From a virus, in IMG/VR virus record IMGVR_UViG_3300046003_004989, positions 1-64,000 of that record: DNA of 64,000 nt. The stretch is one strand, 5' to 3'. Below are positions 17,755-26,460 of this stretch, piece by piece; the first letter of the stretch is position 1, and each line of letters starts with the position of its first letter. The translations under genes and the position numbers were made by a program. The notes under the pieces are model-generated. The model saw nothing but the letters and a program-made list of their open reading frames with translations. It was not told the DNA's origin and searched no databases.

Positions 17755-18296
17755 TTTTCTGATTCGTTCAGGGATGCTAGAATTTTTACTGCTGCTATCT
17801 TAGCCCAATCTTCAGGTAGACTTTTAGAATGCTTTTCATATTCTGTCTTGATTCGGCTTTCAATCATTTGAACTAAGCGTTCTCGTTTATTTGGCAGAAT
17901 AGGTCCTTCGATTTCATCTACTCGAATACAAGAACCTTGACCGTGCATGATTTGAATAACATAATTTCCGATATAATAAGCTTCACCTGTAAAGTCGTTC
18001 AAATACTTATCATCATCGCATTCAACGCAATAAGTACGAGCATATTCAAATGCTAACCAAAGCAAATCTTCTCTAGGTTCGTAACCCATTCGATACTCTC
18101 GGTCTCGATACTCATCAGATTCATATTTGGCTAACAGTTTTGCCATTGTGCCAGTGAGATCAGCTTCTGCTTTTTGTTTAAATCTTTCGACTTGTAAAGC
18201 TTTAATCTCGTCTTTACGTTTGAGAGTATTCCAATATCCGTTTGGATCTTCTAAGTCTGCTTCTAAAGCCTCTTTGAATTTATCTAAGTCTAACAT
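17748..18296 (-). CDS. hypothetical protein
   Basis: 182 aa ORF. Confidence 0.7.
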   Translation of the reverse strand: MLDLDKFKEALEADLEDPNGYWNTLKRKDEIKALQVERFKQKAEADLTGTMAKLLAKYESDEYRDREYRMGYEPREDLLWLAFEYARTYCVECDDDKYLNDFTGEAYYIGNYVIQIMHGQGSCIRVDEIEGPILPNKRERLVQMIESRIKTEYEKHSKSLPEDWAKIAAVKILASLNESENC

Positions 18297-18298
18297 TA

Positions 18299-18874
18299 TT
18301 AATCACATGAAGATGATGAATCGAATGAAGAACCGGAATCCCATGAAGAAGAATCCGATGATGAGTAGTCTGATGAACTAGATGATGAGTAGTCTGATGA
18401 ACTAGATGAACCATAATCAAAATCATTATTTGAGCTATGATCGAATGTAGAATGATTATTATTGTCATCCGAATTCATCATATCATATACTAACATAGAA
18501 GTTAAAAAGTCACCATCTCGAGTTTCTACTCTTCGAAGCAAAGACTTATCTTCTTCTACTAAATAGTCATTCATCGGAGCTTGTTTCTTCTTGATTTTCT
18601 TGATTTTCTCGATATGTGATGATTTTACTTCATCAACTGAAGTAGCTCCAATAGTCCATTTAGGATTCGATGATGGGAAAGATCCTGTCATTGTAATAGT
18701 TTCCGAAGCAGATTCTTCAATAGATCTTCCAACTTTAATTGCTGATATTGATTCCATTTTGGATTCTTCGGCTCTTACCTTTCTTGAATTTTTAGCTTTA
18801 GCGATTAAGTAGATTGTTAATAAGACAATTACTGAACCTACGCCAAATAAAATTACCATTCCTTCGTATTTCAT
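18299..18874 (-). CDS. membrane-anchored protein with Ser/Asp-rich low-complexity tail
   Basis: N-terminal TM; C-terminal SSSSDY repeats (24-bp tandem duplication ~18357-18409); start moved to ATG 18874. Confidence 0.7.
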   Translation of the reverse strand: MKYEGMVILFGVGSVIVLLTIYLIAKAKNSRKVRAEESKMESISAIKVGRSIEESASETITMTGSFPSSNPKWTIGATSVDEVKSSHIEKIKKIKKKQAPMNDYLVEEDKSLLRRVETRDGDFLTSMLVYDMMNSDDNNNHSTFDHSSNNDFDYGSSSSSDYSSSSSSDYSSSDSSSWDSGSSFDSSSSCD

Positions 18875-18875
18875 A

Positions 18876-19412
18876 TTAAGAGTTTTTAGAAGTCCAATCA
18901 ATTTTTGGACAGTATTTATTGTAAGATGCTTTTATGAATTCAACAATCAAGTTAGGATCTTTTTGTTTAACAGGTTCCCAGATTCGATAACCATATTCAT
19001 CATACTTGATTTTAGATTGTTTATGTTTTTCTACGAGCCATCTAACTAAAAGACCGATTGATGTTCCAATTGCTACAACCCAGAGCATCAATCCGAGAAT
19101 TTGCATACCTTGAGCAAACGAATCTTTCGGAAATAAACCAACAAAGAAAATTGTTAATGACCAGAACATAGAAGCTACTAAGCCAAGTCCTACCCATATT
19201 AAAAATCCAGATCCAGGTTTTTCACCCCATGCAGATGATTTGTCTTTACCATTCAAAACCATATAAGGTAATGATAGGATTGTGTAAGGGATAATTGTCA
19301 AATACATTATCACTACTTTCCAAAAGTATGGACAAAGGCTTTGAGGCATGTTTTTTGTTGCATAGTACCATCGGTACAACGATGCAGTTGTTGATTCTTT
19401 ACTTAATTGCAT
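18876..19412 (-). CDS. multi-pass membrane protein
   Basis: 'SLCPYFW' N-terminal and 'KYCPKIDW' C-terminal motifs, three hydrophobic segments. Confidence 0.75.
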   Translation of the reverse strand: MQLSKESTTASLYRWYYATKNMPQSLCPYFWKVVIMYLTIIPYTILSLPYMVLNGKDKSSAWGEKPGSGFLIWVGLGLVASMFWSLTIFFVGLFPKDSFAQGMQILGLMLWVVAIGTSIGLLVRWLVEKHKQSKIKYDEYGYRIWEPVKQKDPNLIVEFIKASYNKYCPKIDWTSKNS

Positions 19413-19424
19413 AATATTTACGTT

Positions 19425-19494
19425 TTAATTTATATGACAAATATAAACAAAAAAGCTCGACAGTAAAAACTATCGAGCTTTAAGTTATTAACAA
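19425..19494 (-). promoter_or_regulatory. class I promoter/terminator cassette
   Basis: Box 19484-19494, hairpin AAAGCTCGA/TCGAGCTTT, -7 element 19438-19445. Confidence 0.75.
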
Positions 19495-19497
19495 ATG

Positions 19498-20442
19498 TTA
19501 TCCGAGAAGTAGATACTTCATTGGATGTGAGTCAAGTACGAAACCAGAACCATATACCATGTCCATGTAATAGAGAGTTCCAGTTGGAGGACTCATCGGT
19601 TTAGGACGGATATCATTAAATGATACTGAACCGATACTATCTTCTAAAGATATGATAGGTTCAATTACAAAATCCTCAGCTATTCCACCGATACTTCTGA
19701 ATGCTTCTTCTACTGTATCTCTACTAGAACCTTCAACTCGGAAAGTTGGCATTCCGTCGATTCGAGAATCTCCGAGATAAGTGAAAGTATAACCTTTACG
19801 ATTAACTCCTTCGTTTTCTACCCATGACCACCAATGTGGTTTTCTCATAGAATAAACTAATTTGAAGCAAAGCGATATATGCTCTGGTTGATTTTCAGCT
19901 TCGAAATTAGTAGAATACCAATCACTAAAAGAATTTGGCAATTCAATTTCTGCACAAGGATTTGAACTATAAGGGTCCCTTGTATCACAAGCAACAACCT
20001 TTTCTTTGTAACTGAAAACTTTTTTGACTGGTCTGTCTGTCATGCAGTCGACATAAAGTGTAGCATAATCGGTCCAATCAGTAGGGTTATCTAAATCCAT
20101 TGAACGGAAATTTGAAACAAAAAGACCTTCTTCTTCAAGATTCTCTAAGCATGTGATAACTAAAATTCTATCATCTGCATCCTTAACTTTCTTTTCCGTT
20201 AGCATTCTTTCGAATACTTGTACTTGAGAATAGATACCCTTACCTATTGTTACTGAATAATCATCACATTCACTAGGAAGGATAATCATCGAATCACAAG
20301 CGAGTAAATCGTCATGTGAGTAATTACCTCTGCCACCTTTAAACTCCTTTAACTCAACGTTTAGAGTTTGAAGGTACTTTCTAACACGGTCTGCTACTTT
20401 CGTAGAGACCGCACTAGATTTCGCAAAGTATAGTTTACGCAT
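19498..20442 (-). CDS. mosaic hypothetical protein (possible TIR/NDT-like N-terminus; NPCAEI and gp23-like peptides)
   Basis: 314 aa ORF; motifs described in findings. Confidence 0.65.
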   Translation of the reverse strand: MRKLYFAKSSAVSTKVADRVRKYLQTLNVELKEFKGGRGNYSHDDLLACDSMIILPSECDDYSVTIGKGIYSQVQVFERMLTEKKVKDADDRILVITCLENLEEEGLFVSNFRSMDLDNPTDWTDYATLYVDCMTDRPVKKVFSYKEKVVACDTRDPYSSNPCAEIELPNSFSDWYSTNFEAENQPEHISLCFKLVYSMRKPHWWSWVENEGVNRKGYTFTYLGDSRIDGMPTFRVEGSSRDTVEEAFRSIGGIAEDFVIEPIISLEDSIGSVSFNDIRPKPMSPPTGTLYYMDMVYGSGFVLDSHPMKYLLLG

Positions 20443-20788
20443 TTTCAGTTCCGAACCACTCGTTAAAGATTTCTTCAGCTGCAGTTAATTCAATAACTTT
20501 CAACTTTAATTCCATCGTTGCTTTGTGAAGTTCTTTCACCCATTTAGCAGCATCGAAGTTTTCACCACCTGGACGTAAAGAGAAAGTAGTTTCTGGAGAC
20601 AAATCGGTCATATTCGCGATTTTGTTCTCTAAACTCAATTTTTCACGTTTCAAGTTTTGTACTAAAGTACTTGCTTCGATAGAAGCTAATTCACCAAGAT
20701 TTGCTGCTCTTGTTGATTTGATGTTTGCATCTGATGCAGATACTGTTGCAACGAATTTGTTAGTTGCTTTTACGTCATTTTTTGCCAT
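20435..20788 (-). CDS. coiled-coil hypothetical protein
   Basis: ORF track. Confidence 0.7.
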   Translation of the reverse strand: MAKNDVKATNKFVATVSASDANIKSTRAANLGELASIEASTLVQNLKREKLSLENKIANMTDLSPETTFSLRPGGENFDAAKWVKELHKATMELKLKVIELTAAEEIFNEWFGTENA

Positions 20789-20830
20789 GATACTTACTTT
20801 TAATTTGTTAAATTATTATTTAGATTAGTT

Positions 20831-21697
20831 TTATGCGTTTTCTTGTTCGAGGTTTTCGATGTTATTAACAACTTTTCCAGGAAGTAAATCCAAAATGAAT
20901 TTCTTGTCCTGAGAGAAGATTGGAGTTTCTACCGTTTCCCATTTAGTACGACGGATAGTTTGAGTCGGATCAATCACATGAGTTTTGTTATCATTAGCAA
21001 ATTTAAAGTCTTTTGCCAGATAAACATGTTCAACTTTTGTAATTACACCACCTCGTTTTTCTCGATAAGTGTAGTCATTCCAATTAATGCCTTTTTGAAA
21101 AATCATCTCTTGCATTTCATTAGTTTTCTTACCGTTTAGCTCTTTTGGAGAGTACATAGATTGTGCAACAGAAGAGATAGAGTTTCTAACTGCATCTTGC
21201 TGTCTCCAGATGAAGTAGTTAACAACCTCATCAATGAATGGAATCTGAAATACTCGAGCATCAAACATTGCTAGTTTGAAGTTTCGGATATCATCGTGAT
21301 CTAACATATCTTCGTAAATCCAATCGGCATGGGCTCGAGCTATTCGGAGTTGATTGAATTTTGCAGTTGCCATAGATGCAGCTACAGATGCCATTTTTTG
21401 AAGATTGTTATCGAACCAAGCATGAGTGCCTAGGTCGTCAAAGTCAGTAAGTACTAAAGAGATTTCATCGGATTGAACATATCCGAGTTTAGCACCTTGA
21501 ATGTTTTTGCAGAGGAAGGCAGTCGTTTCATTCATGTCTTCGATTAAACCTGCATCAAAAGGTCGTTTAAGTCCTTTCGTATAAGTGTGAAATGCTTTAC
21601 CATCAATACGGATGATAGTAAATGTTCTTCGAGGGAGCATAGTACGAGTTCTGTTTTCGTAGTAGTCCTTCATTCTGTCGCCTAATGTGTCGATCAT
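20831..21697 (-). CDS. thg1: tRNA(His) guanylyltransferase Thg1-like (3'-5' polymerase)
   Basis: 'LGDRMKDYYE', 'IIRIDGKAFHTYT', 'YVQSDEISL', 'FDARVF', 'YFIWRQQDAVRNSIS'. Confidence 0.95.
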   Translation of the reverse strand: MIDTLGDRMKDYYENRTRTMLPRRTFTIIRIDGKAFHTYTKGLKRPFDAGLIEDMNETTAFLCKNIQGAKLGYVQSDEISLVLTDFDDLGTHAWFDNNLQKMASVAASMATAKFNQLRIARAHADWIYEDMLDHDDIRNFKLAMFDARVFQIPFIDEVVNYFIWRQQDAVRNSISSVAQSMYSPKELNGKKTNEMQEMIFQKGINWNDYTYREKRGGVITKVEHVYLAKDFKFANDNKTHVIDPTQTIRRTKWETVETPIFSQDKKFILDLLPGKVVNNIENLEQENA

Positions 21698-21763
21698 AAT
21701 GTAAATTGTTTTTGTGTACTCGTTCGTTAGATTAAGTACGGGTTAGTAAAATTATTGTATGAG

Positions 21764-22201
21764 TTATTTTTCAATTTGTTTCACGATTACACCATTTGGA
21801 TAATTCGCTTTAAGATAGTTTCTTCGAATACAAATACCATAATGTCCATCATCTTCTCCACCTTCATTTAGATTACCATCAGTATCTACTAATTGCAGAT
21901 CATTCCAATCGGATACAATCGGTGCATCTAAAATAGGAAATAGATGACAAGCATTTACTGCTCGTTTTCTTTTTTCGAATGTGAAAGGATTTGTGATAGA
22001 ACCCCAAAGACCTCTTCGTTCTTCAACATCTTTTAATGTTGCTTTGAGATCGTTGAATTTTTCAACTACTCCAGTTACTACCATAACTGATCCATTAGAT
22101 TGTTGTGAGTAACCATACTTCTGTCCGATTACTACAGGATTTCCTAGAGCATCAGTCGGTGCTGCATTTAAGATTTCCTCGCTGTCTTTACTTTGTTCCA
22201 T
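21764..22201 (-). CDS. hypothetical protein
   Basis: ORF track. Confidence 0.65.
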   Translation of the reverse strand: MEQSKDSEEILNAAPTDALGNPVVIGQKYGYSQQSNGSVMVVTGVVEKFNDLKATLKDVEERRGLWGSITNPFTFEKRKRAVNACHLFPILDAPIVSDWNDLQLVDTDGNLNEGGEDDGHYGICIRRNYLKANYPNGVIVKQIEK

Positions 22202-22533
22202 TGTTTTAGTTTTGTATATAACAATTCAATTTCTTCGTTTGTTAAATTAGCTTTCTTACCGTTGATATCAACAGTACAAGCAACTACATTATCATCTACG
22301 TATCCGAGAGATGAATCTACTCTATCAACGCTTCTGCTAAGCGGTCCATCTTCTTCGAATGGTACGCCAGTGTAATAGCAAGTCTTTACTTGCAATAATT
22401 GTCTTACTTTCTTAAGCGTTAAATCAAAATCAATCTTTCTGTCTTTAGATGATTGATATAGCTTGATTAGCTTATTTGCTACTTCCAAGTCAGTTACGAC
22501 TTCGGAAGTCAGTTGTTCATTATTTTCTTCCAT
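22168..22533 (-). CDS. HNH-like (His-Me finger) endonuclease-fold protein
   Basis: 'CYYTG', 'SVDRVDSSLGYVDDNVVAC...IN..K'; start moved to ATG 22533. Confidence 0.75.
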   Translation of the reverse strand: MEENNEQLTSEVVTDLEVANKLIKLYQSSKDRKIDFDLTLKKVRQLLQVKTCYYTGVPFEEDGPLSRSVDRVDSSLGYVDDNVVACTVDINGKKANLTNEEIELLYTKLKQWNKVKTARKS

Positions 22534-22616
22534 ATCTGTTATATGACAAAACCCAACCGAAGAATCCAATTTCCCAACCGTCCATTAATTTTTGAAACCA
22601 TACTTGCTTCTTCATA

Positions 22617-23168
22617 TTAATTTAGCTTTTTGAAAAAATTGATATCGTCCATATTTTCTCGCATTCGAAGCATTTGCATGATTTCTTCCATTTCTTCTGG
22701 TGTAGGAAGTTTATCATCAACCGAATCGGACTTATCTTTAGAGTACATATCATGTTTAGAAACGAATGCATGTACAAGGAGTTTTAGCTCTTTCTGTTGT
22801 TGCTTTTTCTTTTTAAGAACTTCAGCTCTTAAAGCTTTACGATAGATTGGCCATCGTTCGCTAAAGTCGGACCACTCTTCATCGTTCATTTCCACTGCCC
22901 AATACCCAACTCCTCTACATTTATTGATTCGATAATCAGATCCAACTATCGAAGCAGTAAAGTTAATGAACATTTGTTTGATATCCCCACTAACCCCTTT
23001 GACTATTCGTCTTGTTCGAGTTTTCGGTTCGATATCTGTTATTTGAAGATCGTGCTTTTCCAAGTAAGATTGAAGCATAATCTTTGCAGTTTCTTGTTCA
23101 CCACCGATACCTTGTTGGGATAGAGCAAGTAGTTTACGACCTAGCTGAATAATTTTTTCTGATGCCAT
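22617..23168 (-). CDS. hypothetical protein with DUF2786-like N-terminus
   Basis: 'KIIQLGRKLLALS..G..GEQETAK.ML..YLEKH'. Confidence 0.65.
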   Translation of the reverse strand: MASEKIIQLGRKLLALSQQGIGGEQETAKIMLQSYLEKHDLQITDIEPKTRTRRIVKGVSGDIKQMFINFTASIVGSDYRINKCRGVGYWAVEMNDEEWSDFSERWPIYRKALRAEVLKKKKQQQKELKLLVHAFVSKHDMYSKDKSDSVDDKLPTPEEMEEIMQMLRMRENMDDINFFKKLN

Positions 23169-23177
23169 AATTAGTAA

Positions 23178-23300
23178 TTAAGAATTGATAGCTTTACAAA
23201 CCCATGATTGAGAAACACCTAGTCGAGATGCAATAATTGAAGTTGTTAGATTTTCATTGAAGAATAAATCTTTGGCCGTTTGAGTCTTAGTAATTTTCAT
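23178..23300 (-). CDS. 40-aa helix-turn-helix protein
   Basis: MKITKTQTAKDLFFNENLTTSIIASRLGVSQSWVCKAINS; missed by ORF track; TATATTTG at 23326-23333 directly upstream. Confidence 0.7.
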   Translation of the reverse strand: MKITKTQTAKDLFFNENLTTSIIASRLGVSQSWVCKAINS

Positions 23301-23367
23301 AATTGAATTGTTTTATTTTGATATACAAATATAATACTTTTCTACGAATAAAAAAAACTTTTTTGAA

Positions 23368-23712
23368 TTAAATTTTGATTACTCTCAAAACTTTTGCCGT
23401 ATCTTGTTTAATTACCAAGTGTTGAAATCTCTCATAGAATCTAACATCTTCTGCATGAAACTCATGAATGAACCATCCGTGTTCTTGTAACCTTTTGATA
23501 TCTTCTTGAGTAAACCAAGCGTATAGAGTATCTAAACTATCCGTTGCTGATAACCATCCGACTAAGCTTTCGTCAAAGTCCATTTTGAGTTCTCTATTCC
23601 GACAGAAATTGAACTCATTATGAATCAATCCTGTAAATTTACCGTTGAATGCATACCATAAGCCTTGTAAGCTTTCTTCATGGCATACTCTGAAATAAGT
23701 TTTGTTGCTCAT
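23368..23712 (-). CDS. hypothetical protein
   Basis: ORF track. Confidence 0.7.
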   Translation of the reverse strand: MSNKTYFRVCHEESLQGLWYAFNGKFTGLIHNEFNFCRNRELKMDFDESLVGWLSATDSLDTLYAWFTQEDIKRLQEHGWFIHEFHAEDVRFYERFQHLVIKQDTAKVLRVIKI

Positions 23713-23715
23713 ATC

Positions 23716-24192
23716 TTAGATGTTAAAAGGATTTGGACCGGAGTTTCCTCCGTGGATCCAGATTGAAAATTCTTTTGGTGTCATTTCTTCGAAAACTGAA
23801 GCATCTCCATCGATAACCTTATTGAAGATTCTTTGAACCTTTTCATTAGGTTGTACTACCGCTAATTTGTTAGTATTTTCGATAGTTGAATTGATATACC
23901 TAACGCACATTTTACCTTCAATGTCGTTACCTTCGTTACGTTTGTAATGATCAGGAATCATTACTGTTCCGATAATTCCATTCTTAGTGTGAGAAGGATG
24001 GAATGTGTCATACATCTGTCCTTGTGCATAATCTGCATGTAGTCGAATTGCTTTTACTTTGCCTTTCGCTTCGTCGAAACCAGTTATCTTATAGAGTATA
24101 GTTCCATACTCAGCTTTTACATTTCCTGCACCAGGGTAAGCACAGAAACATCCTATGGTAAGTTCGTTACCAATAAAGTCGTTAAATTTCAT
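23716..24192 (-). CDS. hypothetical protein
   Basis: ORF track. Confidence 0.7.
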   Translation of the reverse strand: MKFNDFIGNELTIGCFCAYPGAGNVKAEYGTILYKITGFDEAKGKVKAIRLHADYAQGQMYDTFHPSHTKNGIIGTVMIPDHYKRNEGNDIEGKMCVRYINSTIENTNKLAVVQPNEKVQRIFNKVIDGDASVFEEMTPKEFSIWIHGGNSGPNPFNI

Positions 24193-24426
24193 TTATGATC
24201 GTTTAAGTTCGTAATATCCCGTTTGTGAATTCAATTCTGTTCGATAAGTTTCCTTTACGCCATTCTTAATATCCCAATAGAATCTTAGCAATCGGTTATA
24301 AGTCCAAAATTTTTCATTAGACTTTGTTCTTTCGTTGTTATTGAAACCTTTAGGATTGTGCCCAAATTCTGCTTCTAAAGCTTCGATAATTTGAGTACGA
24401 GTTTCAAACGTAGGGACTAATTGCAT
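24193..24426 (-). CDS. hypothetical protein
   Basis: ORF track. Confidence 0.6.
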   Translation of the reverse strand: MQLVPTFETRTQIIEALEAEFGHNPKGFNNNERTKSNEKFWTYNRLLRFYWDIKNGVKETYRTELNSQTGYYELKRS

Positions 24427-24427
24427 A

Positions 24428-24679
24428 TTATATGAGATTAATTAATTGAGGTTGTATCGAATGACCTAAACGAGCAGAGTAAGTACCAACCCCTTTTCTT
24501 AAAAGAGTATCTACCATTTTGCCGAAGTCGTTTTTATCGATTTGAAATGAATATAGATTGAAGAATCCACCGTTCGTTTTTGCGTAATTCTGCTTGATGA
24601 ATTGCTTTTCATCTTCGGTCAATTTAGAAGCTACGGATTGAAAAGCGTTTTGAGAATGTGTGTGAAAATCTACTTGCAT
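24428..24679 (-). CDS. hypothetical early protein
   Basis: Start moved to ATG 24679, downstream of a class I promoter. Confidence 0.65.
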   Translation of the reverse strand: MQVDFHTHSQNAFQSVASKLTEDEKQFIKQNYAKTNGGFFNLYSFQIDKNDFGKMVDTLLRKGVGTYSARLGHSIQPQLINLI

Positions 24680-24689
24680 TATTAATTGT

Positions 24690-24769
24690 TTTAATTTGAT
24701 ATACAAATATAATACTTTTCTTTAGAAATAAAAAATGTTTTTACAATTATTTTCAAAAGTTATTAACAA
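24690..24769 (-). promoter_or_regulatory. class I promoter
   Basis: Box 24759-24769, -7 element 24704-24711. Confidence 0.7.
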
Positions 24770-24778
24770 TTTAACGCA

Positions 24779-24806
24779 CAAAAAGCTCGCCTTTCGACGA
24801 GCCTTT
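24779..24806 (-). terminator. intrinsic terminator
   Basis: GCTCG-TCGAAAGG-CGAGC followed by TTTTT on the minus strand. Confidence 0.65.
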
Positions 24807-24820
24807 AATTGAATTATCAA

Positions 24821-24985
24821 TTACTTCTTTTTAGCAGTAATTGACCAGATAACAGAAAATAGAGCCATTCCAGCACCAGTGAGTTCTACCCACATTACAT
24901 CTGAAATAAGTCCTTTAGCGATAAGAATACCACCTACTGCTGATAGTGCGTGACGCACTATACCTGTAACTTGTTCTTGTGTCAT
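24821..24985 (-). CDS. 54-aa two-TM holin-like protein
   Basis: MTQEQVTGIVRHALSAVGGILIAKG...VIWSITAKKK; missed by ORF track. Confidence 0.7.
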   Translation of the reverse strand: MTQEQVTGIVRHALSAVGGILIAKGLISDVMWVELTGAGMALFSVIWSITAKKK

Positions 24986-25025
24986 TTATACATTTTTGTT
25001 TAGGTAGACTTTAGCGTCTACTTCA

Positions 25026-25238
25026 TTAGTATGTCCAATCATCATGATGATGATGTTGATCTAGATGTGGATTTTGGTGTGGGTGTGAATCATGCTCATG
25101 ATGACGTTTTCTACCTCTTTCACGAACAGTTTTTCTTTCCTGTTCCATAGCCCATTTTTTTAGATTTTCCTCACGTCTAGAGCTAGGTCTACCTAAAACT
25201 TGTCCTACACCTATTTGTTTTAGAAATTGTAAAAACAT
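25026..25238 (-). CDS. small basic protein with His-rich C-terminus
   Basis: ORF track. Confidence 0.55.
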   Translation of the reverse strand: MFLQFLKQIGVGQVLGRPSSRREENLKKWAMEQERKTVRERGRKRHHEHDSHPHQNPHLDQHHHHDDWTY

Positions 25239-25247
25239 ATTTTTAGT

Positions 25248-26258
25248 TTATTTTAGTGCTACTAACCAAGTTAGTTTTGCTTTATAGTTATAAATTTTTA
25301 GACTCAAGTTTTGCATCCATTTAGAAAGACCTCTCCACTTATAAGCGAAATTCAATCTTCTAATCATTGCTTTATGCGATGTGGGTGTACATTTAAGTAA
25401 ACTAGGCATCCATTCAATATCATCTGATGCTACGATAGGAACCCCAGCAGTTACGAAATCTGCAGTTACAATATTGAAAGATTCAGAAAATGAAACCTGC
25501 ATACCAATGTCCATTTTAGATGCTGTATGTAAGAATTCTCTATGTTTCATCCAAGGATGTTCGATTAAATCATGTGGAGAATTATCGAATAGAGCTTTTA
25601 AATTCTTTAGAACATTATCACCTGATTGCTCTACTCTAGATGAATTGACGTGGAATCTTAGTCGTTTTCCTTTTCTTTCTGCAAATTCAATTGCTGCTAA
25701 AGCTTGCTGATAGTTATTTTTCATTGGACGGATTGCTCCAAAGCATCCAATATCAATTATAGTCTTTTTATGCTCATATACTGGTGAGTGGAATTTCTTA
25801 GCATGATATATATTTGGCAAAAATACAAATTTTCCTCTAGGAAAAGCCGCATGCAACTGTTCGGTTAGCTCTTTCGTATTAGGAGCAATTATAATGTTAG
25901 GATGTTTGATTGTAGTGTATTGTTGAATCCATCTTGTAGCAAGACCTTCATTAGCAAGAAATGGAGCTTTCGAGTGTATACGAATTATCCATTTTCTTTT
26001 TTTGTGACGGTCAATTTTAAGAAGTTCATCAAATTTAGCAGGTGGAACCCATAAAGCTTCGATGATAACTACATCGGGATTGAATTCAGTTACAACTCTG
26101 TCTATTGAATTAGAGTCGGGAATAGGGGTAAGAATTGCATCGAAACCTGAGTCTCGAAGGAAATTTGCAACAAATGAGGCCGAGTTGAATAGACCAGAAG
26201 TTATGCCGTAAGAGTCTTTAACTCGATCACAAGTAATGAATTGAATTCTTTGTGACAT
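25248..26258 (-). CDS. glycosyltransferase (GT-B/GT4-like)
   Basis: 'GCFGAIRPMKN', 'SFSESFNIVTADFVTAGVPIVAS'. Confidence 0.8.
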   Translation of the reverse strand: MSQRIQFITCDRVKDSYGITSGLFNSASFVANFLRDSGFDAILTPIPDSNSIDRVVTEFNPDVVIIEALWVPPAKFDELLKIDRHKKRKWIIRIHSKAPFLANEGLATRWIQQYTTIKHPNIIIAPNTKELTEQLHAAFPRGKFVFLPNIYHAKKFHSPVYEHKKTIIDIGCFGAIRPMKNNYQQALAAIEFAERKGKRLRFHVNSSRVEQSGDNVLKNLKALFDNSPHDLIEHPWMKHREFLHTASKMDIGMQVSFSESFNIVTADFVTAGVPIVASDDIEWMPSLLKCTPTSHKAMIRRLNFAYKWRGLSKWMQNLSLKIYNYKAKLTWLVALK

Positions 26259-26411
26259 TGATGAGTTGGTTTTTTATATCTATCTATCATAACGGAAAAA
26301 ATGACCTCTATTGCATATTTTTCTCTAGTAGACAATCTAGTTAAAAACACACTAAAGTATCAAAAACGTAATATAGAGATTACAAATACATACAGTCAAG
26401 CATATCAAATG

Positions 26412-26440
26412 AAAAAAGAGGACCCTTTCGGATCCTCTTG
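26412..26440 (-). terminator. intrinsic terminator of the DUF2828 transcript
   Basis: AAGAGGATCC-GAAA-GGGTCCTCTT-TTTT. Confidence 0.8.
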
Positions 26441-26460
26441 TGTTGAATGGCTGATAAAGA

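Noticed and set aside
18280-18468. His-rich 62-aa minus-strand ORF
   Set aside because: Alternative frame of the Ser-rich tail of 18299..18874
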